NCBI GenBank assembly: GCA_035405645.1
Contig: DAONJL010000011.1
Coordinates: 37-64,036 of the forward strand
Length of the DNA: 64,000 nt
Direction: 5' to 3'
Source: a bacterium
GTDB lineage: Bacteria; JAGOBX01; DAONJL01
Position 1 is the stretch's first letter. Each line of letters begins with the position of its first letter. The notes below the pieces were generated by a model, which was given only the letters and a program-made list of their open reading frames with translations, was not told the origin of the DNA and did not search any database. Both the position numbers and the translations under genes were made by a program. Shown piece by piece: positions 9,691-22,900 of this stretch.

Positions 9691-10817
9691 AAATGAAAAC
9701 CATTATCATTTTTATTTCTTTTATTATTTTTATAAATTCCTTTATTTTTTCTTTAACAATTGATGGAGATATAAAAAGTCATCCTTTATTATTTTTTAAT
9801 AAGAATACTGATTTTTTTGTAAAAGTAAAATTATTAAATGAACCAGATGTAGAAGAGCAAAAAGTAAAAATAAAAATATTACAGGGACAATTTAAAGATA
9901 ATATAATTGATGCGTTTTTAGTAATAAATGAAAATAAAAATTTAATGCTAAATTTAATCAAAGACGATTTAGCACTTGCTAAAATTGTAATAAATGAAGA
10001 AGAGAAAAAAATTGTTGAAGCATATATAATAGATTATTATCGTGTTGATAGATTATTTTTAATTTTAATTATGTTTATTATTTTACTTATTTTATTTTTG
10101 CGAAAAAAAGTCCTATTATCAATTATAGGTATTTTTTTAGAGATTTTGTTGCTATTTGTTTTCCTGAATTATTTTATTCATAATAATAATATTTTTAAAA
10201 TTATTTTTTCATTATATTTATTTGTTTTATTAACAATGATAATTGCAATTTTCTTTAATACATTTAATTTTAAAAAATCAATACTTGCAATTTTATGTTG
10301 TTTTATCACACTTACAATCATTTTTTTTATCAGTTATTATTTAATTAAAGCATTAGAATTAAAATATTTTTTTGATGATTATATACAATTAATAGATTAT
10401 TATTCGCGGAATGTTTCTTTAATACAAATGAATAATAATTATTATTTAATAATATTTGCAGGTATATTATTATCATTAACAGGAATATTATCTGATGTAG
10501 CAGTTTCAATTTCGTCAAGTATGTATGAAATAGCGAATGGAAAAAGTTTTAATTTAAAAGAAATATTAAAAAGCGGTTTTAATGTAGGAAAAGATATATT
10601 ATCAACTGAAATAAATACTATTGTTTTTGCTCTTATTGGTTCTAATTTTGGAACATTTATTTTATTTTTTTATTCCAATGACACTTTAAAAAATATTCTG
10701 AATAAAGAAATAATTGCAATAATTATTTCAGAAATTTTAATATGCAATATTGGAATAATTTTAGTTATTTTTATTGGAGTGCTAATAAATGCATATTACT
10801 ATTCAAAAAAAAATTAA
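9687..10817 (+). CDS. Polytopic membrane protein, YibE/F-like (paralog 1)
   Basis: N-terminal signal anchor, about 110-aa extracytoplasmic segment, conserved IDYYR motif, then 7-8 TM helices. It sits in tandem with a paralog of the same architecture, as YibE/YibF pairs typically do. Confidence 0.4.
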   Translation: MKMKTIIIFISFIIFINSFIFSLTIDGDIKSHPLLFFNKNTDFFVKVKLLNEPDVEEQKVKIKILQGQFKDNIIDAFLVINENKNLMLNLIKDDLALAKIVINEEEKKIVEAYIIDYYRVDRLFLILIMFIILLILFLRKKVLLSIIGIFLEILLLFVFLNYFIHNNNIFKIIFSLYLFVLLTMIIAIFFNTFNFKKSILAILCCFITLTIIFFISYYLIKALELKYFFDDYIQLIDYYSRNVSLIQMNNNYYLIIFAGILLSLTGILSDVAVSISSSMYEIANGKSFNLKEILKSGFNVGKDILSTEINTIVFALIGSNFGTFILFFYSNDTLKNILNKEIIAIIISEILICNIGIILVIFIGVLINAYYYSKKN

Positions 10818-11913
10818 ATATATTTTTCTTATTATTTTTTTGTTTTTGCTATATAATAAATTATATAGTTTTTCAATAATTTCAGCCAGAGGAGTTGTTT
10901 TAGAAGCAAGAATAATAAAAGAAGTAAAAACAAAACAGGAATTAAAAATAAAAATATTAACAACAAATTTTAAAGGCAATATAATAACAGGTTATAATTA
11001 TTTAGAAGGACAGAAAAATTATGATAATTATTATAAGAAAGGTGATTTAATTCTTGTTGATTTATTAGTTGAAAAAAAAACAATAAGAAATTGTCGAATA
11101 ATTGATTATTATCGTTTTAATTATTATATTTTTCTTTTTATTATATTTTTATTATTTGTCTTGCTAATCGGTAAAAAACAGGGTTTCAATGCATTATTGT
11201 CAATAATAATTTGTATTATAATTATTTTCTTTTTTGTATTACCATTATTTTTAAAAAATTATAATCCTGTAATTATTGGCATAATCTTTTCTTTAATTTC
11301 TTTATTTGTTTCATTTAAATTAATTACACGAAATAAAAAGATATTTTTATCTGCTTTTTTTGGCGCTTTTTTAAGTTTATTTATTTCTTTTATTTTACTT
11401 ATTTTTATTTTTAAATTTTTATATCTGGATAAATTTTTTATTGATTTATATCGAGAATTACTTTTAATGTCAAGAATGTATATTCCATTAACAATAGAAA
11501 ATATAATATTAATCTTTATTTTTTCAGCAATAATAAGTTGCCTTGGAATAGTTATGGATACATCAATTACAATAGCAAGTTCTATATATGAGATTTATTC
11601 AACAACAAATAATATAGATAATAAAACATTATTTGAGAGCGGAATAAATATAGGAAAAGATATATTTGGCACAATGGCAAATGCTTATGTTTTAATTTTT
11701 GCAGGTCAATTTTTGACAATGTTAATATTTTTTAAAATAATTAAATTTCCTTTTATACGAATTATAAATCTTCAACCATTTGCAAGTGAATTGGTTATGA
11801 TTTTTATTGGTTTATTTTGTATGTTTTTAACTATTTTTATTACTTCATTTCTTTCTGTTATATTATTAAAAAATAAAAAAGAAAGTGTGTTTAGTCTATA
11901 TGAAAGATTTTAG
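10789..11913 (+). CDS. Polytopic membrane protein, YibE/F-like (paralog 2)
   Basis: Same architecture and IDYYR motif as the upstream paralog, with a 29-nt overlap to it. Confidence 0.4.
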   Translation: MHITIQKKIKYIFLIIFLFLLYNKLYSFSIISARGVVLEARIIKEVKTKQELKIKILTTNFKGNIITGYNYLEGQKNYDNYYKKGDLILVDLLVEKKTIRNCRIIDYYRFNYYIFLFIIFLLFVLLIGKKQGFNALLSIIICIIIIFFFVLPLFLKNYNPVIIGIIFSLISLFVSFKLITRNKKIFLSAFFGAFLSLFISFILLIFIFKFLYLDKFFIDLYRELLLMSRMYIPLTIENIILIFIFSAIISCLGIVMDTSITIASSIYEIYSTTNNIDNKTLFESGINIGKDIFGTMANAYVLIFAGQFLTMLIFFKIIKFPFIRIINLQPFASELVMIFIGLFCMFLTIFITSFLSVILLKNKKESVFSLYERF

Positions 11914-11951
11914 ATAATGAATAATAGTAAATTAATATTATGGAGGAAAAA

Positions 11952-12863
11952 ATGTTATCTAAAAATGAATTAAATATGAGATTAAGTGAATTAAAAAAAT
12001 TATATGAGAATTGTGAATTATGTGAACGAAGATGTGGAATAAATCGTTATCAAAGAAAAGGTTATTGTCGAACTTATGCTGATATATTTTATGTAAAGGC
12101 AACAAAACATTTTGGGGAAGAGCCATGCATATCAGGTAGAAAAGGTAGCGGCACAATATTTTTTTCAAATTGTAATTTGAGTTGTGTCTTTTGTCAAAAT
12201 TATGAATTCAGTCAATTGAATGAAGGTATTCAATTAACACCAATATCGTTTTGCGCAGAGGCAGAAAGTTTAATAAAAGATAAAGTTCATAATATAAATT
12301 TAGTTTCTCCTACACAATACTGGCCTGCTATTGTAGAAGGTTTATCTTATATACCAAATTTATCTGTGCCAATTATAAATAATACAAATACTTATGAGAG
12401 TGAAAAATTGTTAGAATTATTAGATGGAATAGTTGATATACATCTTGCGGATTTTAAATATTATAAGAATGAAAGTGCGATAAAATATTCTAATGCTCCA
12501 AATTATGTTGAAACAGTAAAAAGAAATTTAAAGATAATGTATAAAAGTGTTGGACCTGTGAAGATTAAAAATGGAATAGCACAAAAAGGGATAATATTAA
12601 GGCATTTAGTAATGCCAGGTTTAATAGAAGAAAGTAAAGATATTTTGAAATGGTTATATGAAGAGTTTGAAAATAATATTTTAATTAGTTTAATGGCACA
12701 ATATCATCCAACATATAAGGCACAAAAATATCCAGAAATAAATCGATATTTATATAAAAAAGAATATGAAGAAGTAGTAGAATTAGCAGTGAAATTAGAT
12801 TTTGAAAATATATATATACAGGAAATAAATCCAACTATTTCAAAATTATATTTAGGGGGATAA
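11952..12863 (+). CDS. Radical SAM enzyme (PflA / AmmeMemoRadiSam-type activase-like)
   Basis: CNLSCVFCQN CX3CX2C radical-SAM cluster motif, preceded by an N-terminal Cys cluster CELCERRCGINRYQRKGYC. SD GGAGG is 5 nt before ATG 11952, whereas the computed ORF starts 12 nt earlier. Confidence 0.65.
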   Translation: MLSKNELNMRLSELKKLYENCELCERRCGINRYQRKGYCRTYADIFYVKATKHFGEEPCISGRKGSGTIFFSNCNLSCVFCQNYEFSQLNEGIQLTPISFCAEAESLIKDKVHNINLVSPTQYWPAIVEGLSYIPNLSVPIINNTNTYESEKLLELLDGIVDIHLADFKYYKNESAIKYSNAPNYVETVKRNLKIMYKSVGPVKIKNGIAQKGIILRHLVMPGLIEESKDILKWLYEEFENNILISLMAQYHPTYKAQKYPEINRYLYKKEYEEVVELAVKLDFENIYIQEINPTISKLYLGG

Positions 12864-13013
12864 TTTTAATAAATTTTTTTATTAAAAAAATTAAGTTAAT
12901 TACTTTTTTAGAAATAAATTTTTATGCTAAATATATTGCAATACTTATTTTATTTTTCTTGACAAAAAGTGATTATATATTTTAAAAAAACAATAAAATA
13001 GCGAGGTGAAATT

Positions 13014-13910
13014 ATGAATAAAAAACTTTTAATAATTGTTGGTATTGGCGTTATTTTAATTGTTATTGTGTTATTTTTTATGGATAGCATAATTGCATTA
13101 TTTACTGGTGGAAGTGATGTGCAAGTTACACAAAATATTCAATTAAGTCAACAAAGAAGAGCAAGACAACAACAAGCACAAGTACAAAAAGCAGAAGAAG
13201 AAACAGAAACAAAAGAAAGTGAACAAACAGAAAAGGAAGTAACAGAAGAACAAACGAGTGAAAGCAGTGAAAGTGAAAGTGAAGAAGTAGTAGAAGAAAA
13301 AAAAGAAGGTGAAAATGAAGTAGCGCCAAGTGAAGAAGAAGAAGAAGTAAAGCCAGAAGAAAAAACAAAACAAGAACAAGAGGAAAAAGTCGAAGAACAA
13401 AGTAGTGAAGAAGAAGAAGAGATGGAAGTAAAACCAGCAGCGAGTCAAGCAATAGCAAAAAAAGAAGAACAAAAATCAATTAAAGCAAAAAAAGAAGAAA
13501 AGAATGTGAAAGAAGTAAAATCAGAAGAATCAGAAGAAAGTGAAGAAAGTGAAGATGCTTCTTCACAAGAGGCAGTTCAAAAACCAGTAATTCAACCTAA
13601 ACCACAACCTGAAAGAAGTCGGATAATGGAAGATGATTATGATTATTCCAATTCACAATTTAATAAATTAAATAAATATTTTAAAACAAAGCAATATTCA
13701 CAATTATTAAGTGAAGTAGATGAATTGGTAAAAAATAATAATGCAGATGGAAAAATACTATATTTAGCAGGATTAGCGGCATATAATACTGGCGATAAAG
13801 AATCAGCAAAACGATATTTTACTTTATTAAGAAAAAATATTTCAACTGATAATGAAAATAATCGTCATCTATATTATTGGGCAAAAATCTATTTAGAAAA
13901 ACTTAAATAA
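13014..13910 (+). CDS. Membrane-anchored acidic low-complexity protein with a C-terminal TPR-like module
   Basis: N-terminal TM helix, about 170-aa E/S/K-rich disordered region (GAA-rich DNA at 13140-13560), and a C-terminal helical region (ILYLAGLAAYNTGDKESAKRYF). Confidence 0.5.
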   Translation: MNKKLLIIVGIGVILIVIVLFFMDSIIALFTGGSDVQVTQNIQLSQQRRARQQQAQVQKAEEETETKESEQTEKEVTEEQTSESSESESEEVVEEKKEGENEVAPSEEEEEVKPEEKTKQEQEEKVEEQSSEEEEEMEVKPAASQAIAKKEEQKSIKAKKEEKNVKEVKSEESEESEESEDASSQEAVQKPVIQPKPQPERSRIMEDDYDYSNSQFNKLNKYFKTKQYSQLLSEVDELVKNNNADGKILYLAGLAAYNTGDKESAKRYFTLLRKNISTDNENNRHLYYWAKIYLEKLK

Positions 13911-13917
13911 AAAAGAA

Positions 13918-16900
13918 GTGAAAAATTTATTTTTTTTTCTAATAATATTTTTTATAACTTTAAAAATAGTAATAGCGGAAAAATCATTTGCACCAATAGC
14001 AGATAATAAACCAATTTTAGTTTATGCAATAAATGATGCAGGTGGAGAGGTTGATTTAAAATGGTCAACACTGCGAAGTGATGCAGATGCAGGTCAAACT
14101 GGTATAAGCACAGTAAAATATTTAGTTTTCAGGAAAGAAGGAACTTATTTTTCAAATCTTGATATAAATACTTTATATAATGAAGGAATAGTAATTGATA
14201 CAATTTCACAAACAGTAACTTTTGGAATTCCAGATTATTCATTTATTTATTGGTCAGATAATAATACAAATAATTTGAATGCTTCAAAATTATTAAATGG
14301 CTACTATTATACATATACAATAGTTGCATTTGATATTTCTGATTCGCAATATAGTTTACCATCAGATACAAAAACAGTTTATGTTGATACAGCAGGACCA
14401 ATAATAATTGAATTATATAATACGCCGCCAAATTATTCACCAGTAAGTAGAAATAATATTATTATAACAATCAAGTTATTAGAAGATGATGGCTTATCAT
14501 CTGAAAATTTATATTTTCATTTTGGCTTTAATAATAATCCAAATTCATTTATATTTAATATTTTTGATACAGTGCCAATGACAATTGTTTATGATACACC
14601 ATATTATTATGCATCAGCAATTTTACCGCTTGCTAATATTGGTTCAAATACAATCGCAAGATTTTATATTTCAGGTCGTGATAATATAAATGGAAGTTCA
14701 GAAGAACCATCAGATAGTTCAATTGATGGCAATGTTTTAACATCAAATTTAAGTGATAGTAATTTGCTTGATTGGAATAATTCATATATTTATTATTTAG
14801 ATGAAGAACCACCACGAATAATTCTTGCTAATTTAATTGATAGTGGAATATTTGTCAGAAAGAATGATACATATATATATGTTTATTTACAGGAAAATGT
14901 AGCAATAGATACAACAAAATTATATTTAGTAGCAAAAAGTAAAATAACAGGTCAAATAGAAACTGGTGCAATATCAATAATTGCAAATAGTGGTGATAGT
15001 TATTATATTAGCGCTTTATTACCATTATCACGATTTGCTGATAATGATGAAATTGTATATTATTTAACAGGAACAGATAAAGGTGGAAATAATATATCAA
15101 GTTATATTTCACCAATATTTATTTCAGAACAAACAGGAATGCTAATAAGAATAGATGAAGTACCGCCTTATATTTTAAGTTTATCAATACTAAATAACAA
15201 TAATACACCTGATTTAACATATTCAACAAATGAATATGCTGATTCAATATACAAAATTATTGCTGTAATAAATGATTCAACACAAATTACAAATGTTTAT
15301 TTAAAATTTTATTCATCAGCGGATTTTACAACAGATTTAACCAATTATGTTTCGGGCAGTGAAACATTACAACTTATAAATCAATATAATGGTGATACAT
15401 ATTGGCTTTTATCTGATACTATTTTTTTAAACGATACAGAAATTTTTCCTGTAATTTATGCTAATGATACATTGGGCAATTTAACAATTTATGGTGATAT
15501 TAATTTTAATAGTGCAACGCAAAATTATTTAGCAAATCAATATAATATTAAAATATTCAGTGATACATTAAGAATAATTGGATATTCACATATAAATAAT
15601 AATTATAATAATAGTAACACGATATTTTCAATTGGTGACACGATAAATTTTTATTTTAGCAGTAAAATAGAAACCACAAGTTTTACTAATGTAAATGATA
15701 TTTTTCTGACTATATCAGGTAATACATTTGGAATAAATCCTATTTATTCGTGGTTTGACAATTATACTAAAATTGCTATTCAATTAACGAATGGTTTTAC
15801 AATAACTTCAAATGAAACAGTATATCTAAATACTTCTTTGCGTGATGTATATGGTAATATTTCAGAATTATCAGAAATATTAAATTTTTATGAAACAGCG
15901 AGACCAAGAATTATAGCAGTTTATTTTCAAAATGCTGATACTTATACGACTTATATAAATGCAGGTGATTCTTTTATAGTTGAATTTTCTGAAATAATGG
16001 ATACCAGTATTTTGCCTGATGGTAATTATACTAATCTTAATGATACAATTGTTTTAGATAATAATAAAAGCATTGGTTCAAATATAAATATAGTCTGGCT
16101 TGAAAATAATAAATTATTATTTTCAGTTGGAAATAATTTTAATTTTTCTGATGGTGATACATTTTATATAAATGGTTTAAAAGATATAAATCAGAATGAA
16201 ATTGATACAACAATACATTTAATATTATATGATACAGAGCCAGTTTATCCAATAAATGTTTTTGTAAATCATAATTTAGATTCAACAAATAGAATAATAA
16301 CACTTGAATTTTCAGAAACAATATATATAGAAACAATTCAAACAAATATAATAAATTCTTCAAAATCAATTGATACGATTTATTATAATGATAGCAGGTC
16401 ATTAAATATTAATTTTTTAGATTCATTAATTCCATTATCTGATACAATAGCCATAACAAATTTAATAAAAGATAATTCGCTATTAAAGAATTCAGCAACT
16501 TATTTTGAAGAAATTTTAATCACAGATATTGATAGTCCATATATAGTTACTCTTTACTTTTTAAATAATGATACAAATCAATTAAATACAAGTATTTCAT
16601 CAGGTGATAGTTTAATAATTATTTTTTCAGAACCAATAAAAGATACAGAAACATTTAATTCATCAAATATATCAGATTCGATATTAATTGTAGGAGCAGG
16701 CGATACTTATGGAAATAATCCAGTTTTATATTGGCGAAATAATAATATTTTAGAAATTGGATTAGATGTAGGAGTAAACATAGTGAATAATGATGGATTG
16801 CAAATGCATACAAGTATATTTGATTTAGTAGGACATTTTAATACAACAAGTGAAACAAAGATTGTGCTGGATAATGTTGGTCCTGTATTAAAAAATGTAT

Positions 16901-19900
16901 ATATAATAAATAATGATACAAATACAACATTTAGTCCAGGTGATTCAATAGTATTTCAATTTAGTGAACCAATAAAACAATTTTTAATTAATGAAATTAA
17001 TGACAATATTAAATTACCAAATGGAAGAACATTTGGAACAATAACAGAATATAATTATTATGATAATAATGAAACCTTAATAATAACAATACCAGAAAAT
17101 TATTATTTTTTACCTAATGACACAATTTATCTAACACAATTATTATGTGATACCTATAATAATCCAGCAATTAGTTCATATTCACAAATATTATATGATA
17201 GTATTTCACCACATTTGTTAAGTATAGAATTTATAAATAATGATACAATTTATACATCATTTAATAGTGGTGATTCAATTGTATTTATTTTTTCAGAAAG
17301 AATGGACACTGGATTAATAACATTATCTTCATTTTATTTTTCTAATCCAACTGATACCTATGGTAATGCGACATTAGTAAAAAATAGTGATAGTATGATT
17401 ACAATCAAATTAGGTGCTGGTGCATTCATAAATAATGGTGATTCGATAATAATTTCACCACAGGTGAAAGATATATATGGAAATACAATATCAATAAATT
17501 ATGGTTATGTAATTGATAATGCACAACCTTTAATTAGTTCAATAATATTTACAGATAATGATACATCATCAACAATTAGTGAAGGTGATACATTTACAAT
17601 AATATTTTCAGAAGAAATGGATACATCAATTTTAGTTAATGGAATTTATGCTGATTTGAATGATACAATATTAATTTCTGAAAATAGAAATTTAGGTTCA
17701 AATGTATTATTATATTGGTTAACTTCAAATAAATTAGAAATAAGAGTTGGCACAAATTTTACCTGTCGGCATAATGATACACACTCTTTTAAAATTACTT
17801 CATTAACTGATGCAAATAATAATTCAATAAATTTGAATTCTTATGGTTATTTGCAGGATACAGCAGGACCAATAATAGAACTAGTTTTTTTAAATGCTGA
17901 TTATGATTCAAGATTAAGAACAATAGATGTTTTATTTAATGTGCCAATTGCAACTTATGAAATACAAATAGATTCTTTTATTGTAAATAATAGAAATCCA
18001 ATAAATCTCACAATATTAAGTGATACAGAAATAAGATTAAATTTTGATTTTTCAATAAATATAAAAACATATAATTTTAATTTAACAAGCAACAAAATAA
18101 AAGATTTGAATAATGCAAATGTTCAATTATTTAATTTGCCGCAAAATATAATTGATACAAAAATTGTAGATGTTTTAATGGCAGAAGTAATGCCATCAGG
18201 CTCAAATGATACATTTAGTCAAACATTAAAAATATATTTTAATAAAATAATAAATTATGATTTAGCAATAAATCCAGCAAATTATCAAGTAAATAATAAT
18301 ATAACAAATATCATATATTCATCTGATAGTTTAAGCGTTATAATAAGATTGTCAAATTTATTTAATATAAGAAATGACACAATTGTAATATTACAAATAT
18401 CTGATTATGCTGAAACGAATATAGCAAATAATATAATAATAGAAACAAGTCAGATGTATGATTTTCAAGCACCATATATTACATCCGTAAATGTAATAAA
18501 TAATGATTCAAATACAGATTTATCAGCAGGTGATACAATAATTATTTCATTTAGTGAGATAATGAATACAAGTCCAATAACAGAAAATAATTTAGATTCA
18601 TATTTTATATTAAGTAATAATCATCAATTTAATAACGCTCAAAAAATAGTTTGGAGTGATACATATACAGGATTATGGATACAATTAGGTAGTAATTTCA
18701 CAATTCAATATAATGATTCAATAAGAGGAACAAATAATTTAACAGATTTAGGTGGCAATAGTGATACAACAATTGCAGGTTCGATAATTATCACAGATAT
18801 TTATAAACCAGATACAATAACAAATTTAATTCATCAAGATATAAATGAGCCAATAGCAAATAATGGTTATGATAATGACACACAAATAAATTTTAGTTGG
18901 CAACATTCAATATCAACTGATACAGCATATTATAAAATATATGTAGATACAGTCGGCGGATTAAAATATTATGATACAACAATTTATAATTTTATAAATG
19001 TTCAGGTTTCAAATCAAGCAAATACAATTATAATTGCTATTACAACAGTTGATAGAAGTAATTTAATAAGTGATACAGTATATTCAAATGAAATAAAAAT
19101 AGATACAATTGTATTACCACCAGTTACATTTATTCATAGTGATAGTGTTTTTAATATATTTTATGATACAGATACAATAACAAATTTAAGTTGGACAGAA
19201 TCGCAAACTGATATAGATTATTATGAATTATATGTAGATAGTGGCAATGGTTTTATTTATATAGATACTACAACATTAAATAATTATTCTTATTCAAATT
19301 GTGAACATAATATAGCATATCAATTTGGAATAATAGCAATTGATTTAGCAGGAAATAGAAGTGATACAAAATATACTATAACAATAATTTGTGATACAGG
19401 TGATGTATTAAAACCAAATAAACCATATCATTATGATAGTGATACAAATTTAAAAGCAAATTTTGATAATGACACAATAATAACATTTCGCTGGCAAGCA
19501 TTAAATATGGCTGATTTACTATGGTATGCTGTGTATGTAAGCATTGATAATAGTGAATTTATATTTTATGATACGACATTATCAAATGATACAGATATAG
19601 ATATAATAGGTGATTTTAAAACAGATTCAACAGTTCAAATAAAAATAATGGCTTATGATAATGCTGGCAATAATGGTGAATTTTCTGATGTTTCAGAATT
19701 GGTTAAAATAGATAGAAATTATCCATTTATTACAAATATAGAAATAATAAATAATGATGATACAAACACAGATATTTCTGCTTATGATACAATGATAATA
19801 TATTTTAGTGAAGCAATAGATAGTAGTGGAATAAGTGCTGCAACAATTGATACTTATTTTTCATTTTCAGGAAATCATAAAATAAAAACAAATATAACTA

Positions 19901-22900
19901 TATATTGGGAATTTGATACAAAATTAGTGATTTATTTTTTAGATGATAATTTTACAATTCGTTATGGTGATACAATAACAGGAACATATTATTTGAGAGA
20001 TTTAGCAGGTAATTATGATACTACAATTCCAGGTTCAGTAATAATATATGATACTTATCCACCAACACCAGTAGTTAATTTATATCACAATGATGTAAAT
20101 GCACCATCAGCAAATAGTGGCTATGATAATGACAATTATGCGAATTTTTTCTGGACGAATTCATATTCAACAGATAGACATCATAATGAAATATATGTTG
20201 ATACAGGTGCGGGTTATGTTTTTAAAGACACTACAACAGCAAATTCTTATAATGTTTTAATAGATAATAAAACATCAACAGTGGCAATAGGTGTTAGGAC
20301 TGTTGATAATTTTAATTATAAAAGTGATACAACATATTCAGACATAATAAAAATTGATACAATAATAATAGCACCAGGACAACCAATACATAGTGATTCA
20401 GTTTTTAATGTTTATTATGATACTGATACAATTATAAATATAGTATGGAGTGATTCACAAACTGATATAGTATATTATCAAGTAGATGTAGATGCAGGAC
20501 CTGGCTATGTATATGCAGGCACGACAATAGAAAAGAATTATACCTATACAAATGCAATAAATGGAAAAAGTTATAGATTTCGAGTGAAAGCAATTGATTT
20601 AGCCGGGAATGTAAGTTCATATTCGAGTTCATCAATCTGGATAACAGTTGATACAGGTGGAGTGCCACAAATTTCAAAACCGTATCACTCAGATGAAAAT
20701 ACATATTTAACGCTGGCTTATGATAATGATACAAATATTCGTTTCAATTGGCAAAGTGCTGGTATAAGTGATTTATTGTATTATGAAGTTTATTATTCAA
20801 TTGATAGTTCAGTTTTTGAATTTTATAATACAACCCCAAATACATATATTATTATAACAAGAAGTGATTTGAAAAGTGATTCTTATGTTAAAATAAAAGT
20901 TAGAGCACGAGATAATGCAGGTAATTATGGAGAATTATCAGAAGAATCAGATAGTATAATAATTGATACAGGTGTAGGAAGAAGCACATTATTATCGCCA
21001 GAAAATAATAATGAAACAAATAATGTAAGACCAATATTTAGATGGAATTTAGTATCTGATGCAAAATATTATGTATTAACAATTGCGACAAATTCACAAT
21101 TTACAAATATTTATTTGCAGGATACTGTTCAATATATTGATTATTATATTTTATCTGATAGTTTAAATGCTGGCAGTTCAGGTGTAACTTATTATTGGCG
21201 TATAACAACAATAGATACAGCAGGTAATTATGATTCAACAACATATAATAAATTTATAATAGACACATATATAGCGACGCCAACAATTATAAATCCAGAA
21301 AATTGGTCAGAAACAAATAATTATAGACCATTATTTAAGTGGACAGAAATAAATAAATTATATAATAAATTTTATTTATACGAAATAACAGCAGCAGGTG
21401 ATACAGATTTAATAATTACAATTGATACAACAGTATCAAGTTTATATTTACCAACATATTTTACAAAGAGTGGAACTTATGCATTTCAGATAATCAGTAT
21501 TGATACAGCGACAAATATTTCAACATCACCAGTAAGTTATTTTGTAATAAAAGGAATAAATAAATTTAATTTAATAAGTCCAATAAATAATACAGATACA
21601 AATAATAATAATCCATTATTTATCTGGGAAAATACTTATGGTGATTCAATCGTATATAGATTTGAATTTTCCTCTAGAGAAACTTTTGATTCTGGCTATG
21701 TTTATTATAAAATTGTTAATGATACATTTATTTATTTATATGATGTGTTAGGACAATATATTGATACAGAAGACACATTTTATTGGCGTGTTGTTGCAAT
21801 AGATTCAAATAATTTTTCTTTAACATCAAATCAATACCATTTGATAAGATTTGATTTTACAGCAATTATACCGCAAGTATTTAACCCACCAAATAATCAA
21901 AAATTAAATGATACAACAATAGAATTTAGTTGTAATAATGTTTTAGAATTAGTGGAATATAAATTTGAATTTTGCAGTGATACATTATTTTCACAAGCAT
22001 CAATATTTTTAGATACAATTATTTCAACAACAAATTCATGCACTTATGCTGGTTTAAAAGAGAGTACATTTTATTGGAGAATAATTGTTAAAGATTATTT
22101 AGGGAACACAGGAATAAGTAATGTCAATAAATTTGAAATAGATACTTATGTTAATGCAACATTGGTAGGGCTTGTACAGGGAATTGTATATGATGATTTA
22201 GGCATTTATACATCAGATAAAACACCAACATTTGAATGGCAGTTAAAATCTGATGTAACAAATTATAATTTTCAATTAAGCAGACAACAAACATTTCAGC
22301 AATTAGTTTTTTCAGAAACTACAACAATGAAAGAAATAACAATTCCAGAAGCAAATCAATTAATAATAGAAGATACATATTATTATCGAGTAATAACAAC
22401 AGATGATTATGGAAATTATAATATTTCGAATATAGGTTATTTTGTGCTTGATTATTCAAAGCCTTTAATAACAATAGTAATGGATTCAATGGTAAATACA
22501 AATAATGAAACAATAACAATTTATGTAAGAGAAAAAAATTTCTATTATTTAATGATAAATAATGATACAAAGACAAATTATGTAATAACGCAATTATCAT
22601 CAGATTCAATAAAAATAGAAATAAATCTTTTATTACCTGAATTAGAAAATTATTTTGAATTAAAAATAGTTGATAGAGCATTAAATACTGAAACAAGTAG
22701 TTTTTCGATTTTTGTTGTTGTTCAGCAAACAATAAGTGATAGTCAGATAGTTAATATTGGGCTACTTGGAGATACACCAATTTTAATACACAAGACAAAT
22801 AATGAAGAAATAAATTTTACAGTGAAAATAAATAATAAAGCAGGTGACTATGATACAATTGCAATTAAACTTAATTTAGATAATGATTATCGTTCAGCAG

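Noticed and set aside
12864-13013. tRNA, small RNA or Rho-independent terminator in intergenic gaps (also checked 31620-31940, 46132-46194, 48052-48337, 54445-54758, 63905-64000)
   Set aside because: No GC-rich cloverleaf-capable segments or GC-stem/T-tract terminators were found. Only AT-only hairpins occur, which are not distinguishable from background in this composition.
13126-13479. Long antisense ORFs (Leu/Phe-rich) opposite the acidic protein gene. Similar antisense ORFs appear inside clpC, the giant genes, the GspE genes and elsewhere in the ORF track.
   Set aside because: They are translations of the complement of GAA/AAA-rich or AT-rich coding DNA. They have extreme low complexity (poly-L/F/I), no SD, and lie fully inside well-supported genes. 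They are artefacts of composition.
13140-13560. GAA/GAG-rich repetitive DNA that could superficially look like a repeat array
   Set aside because: It is coding low-complexity sequence (an E/S/K-rich linker) within an intact ORF. It has no regular repeat-spacer periodicity, so it is not a CRISPR array.
15890-22330. Multiple about 300-bp repeated units inside the 3255-aa gene, considered as possible mobile or CRISPR-like repeats
   Set aside because: All copies are in frame and encode Ig-like/FN3 protein domains with diverged sequence. They are intragenic domain repeats, not mobile DNA.
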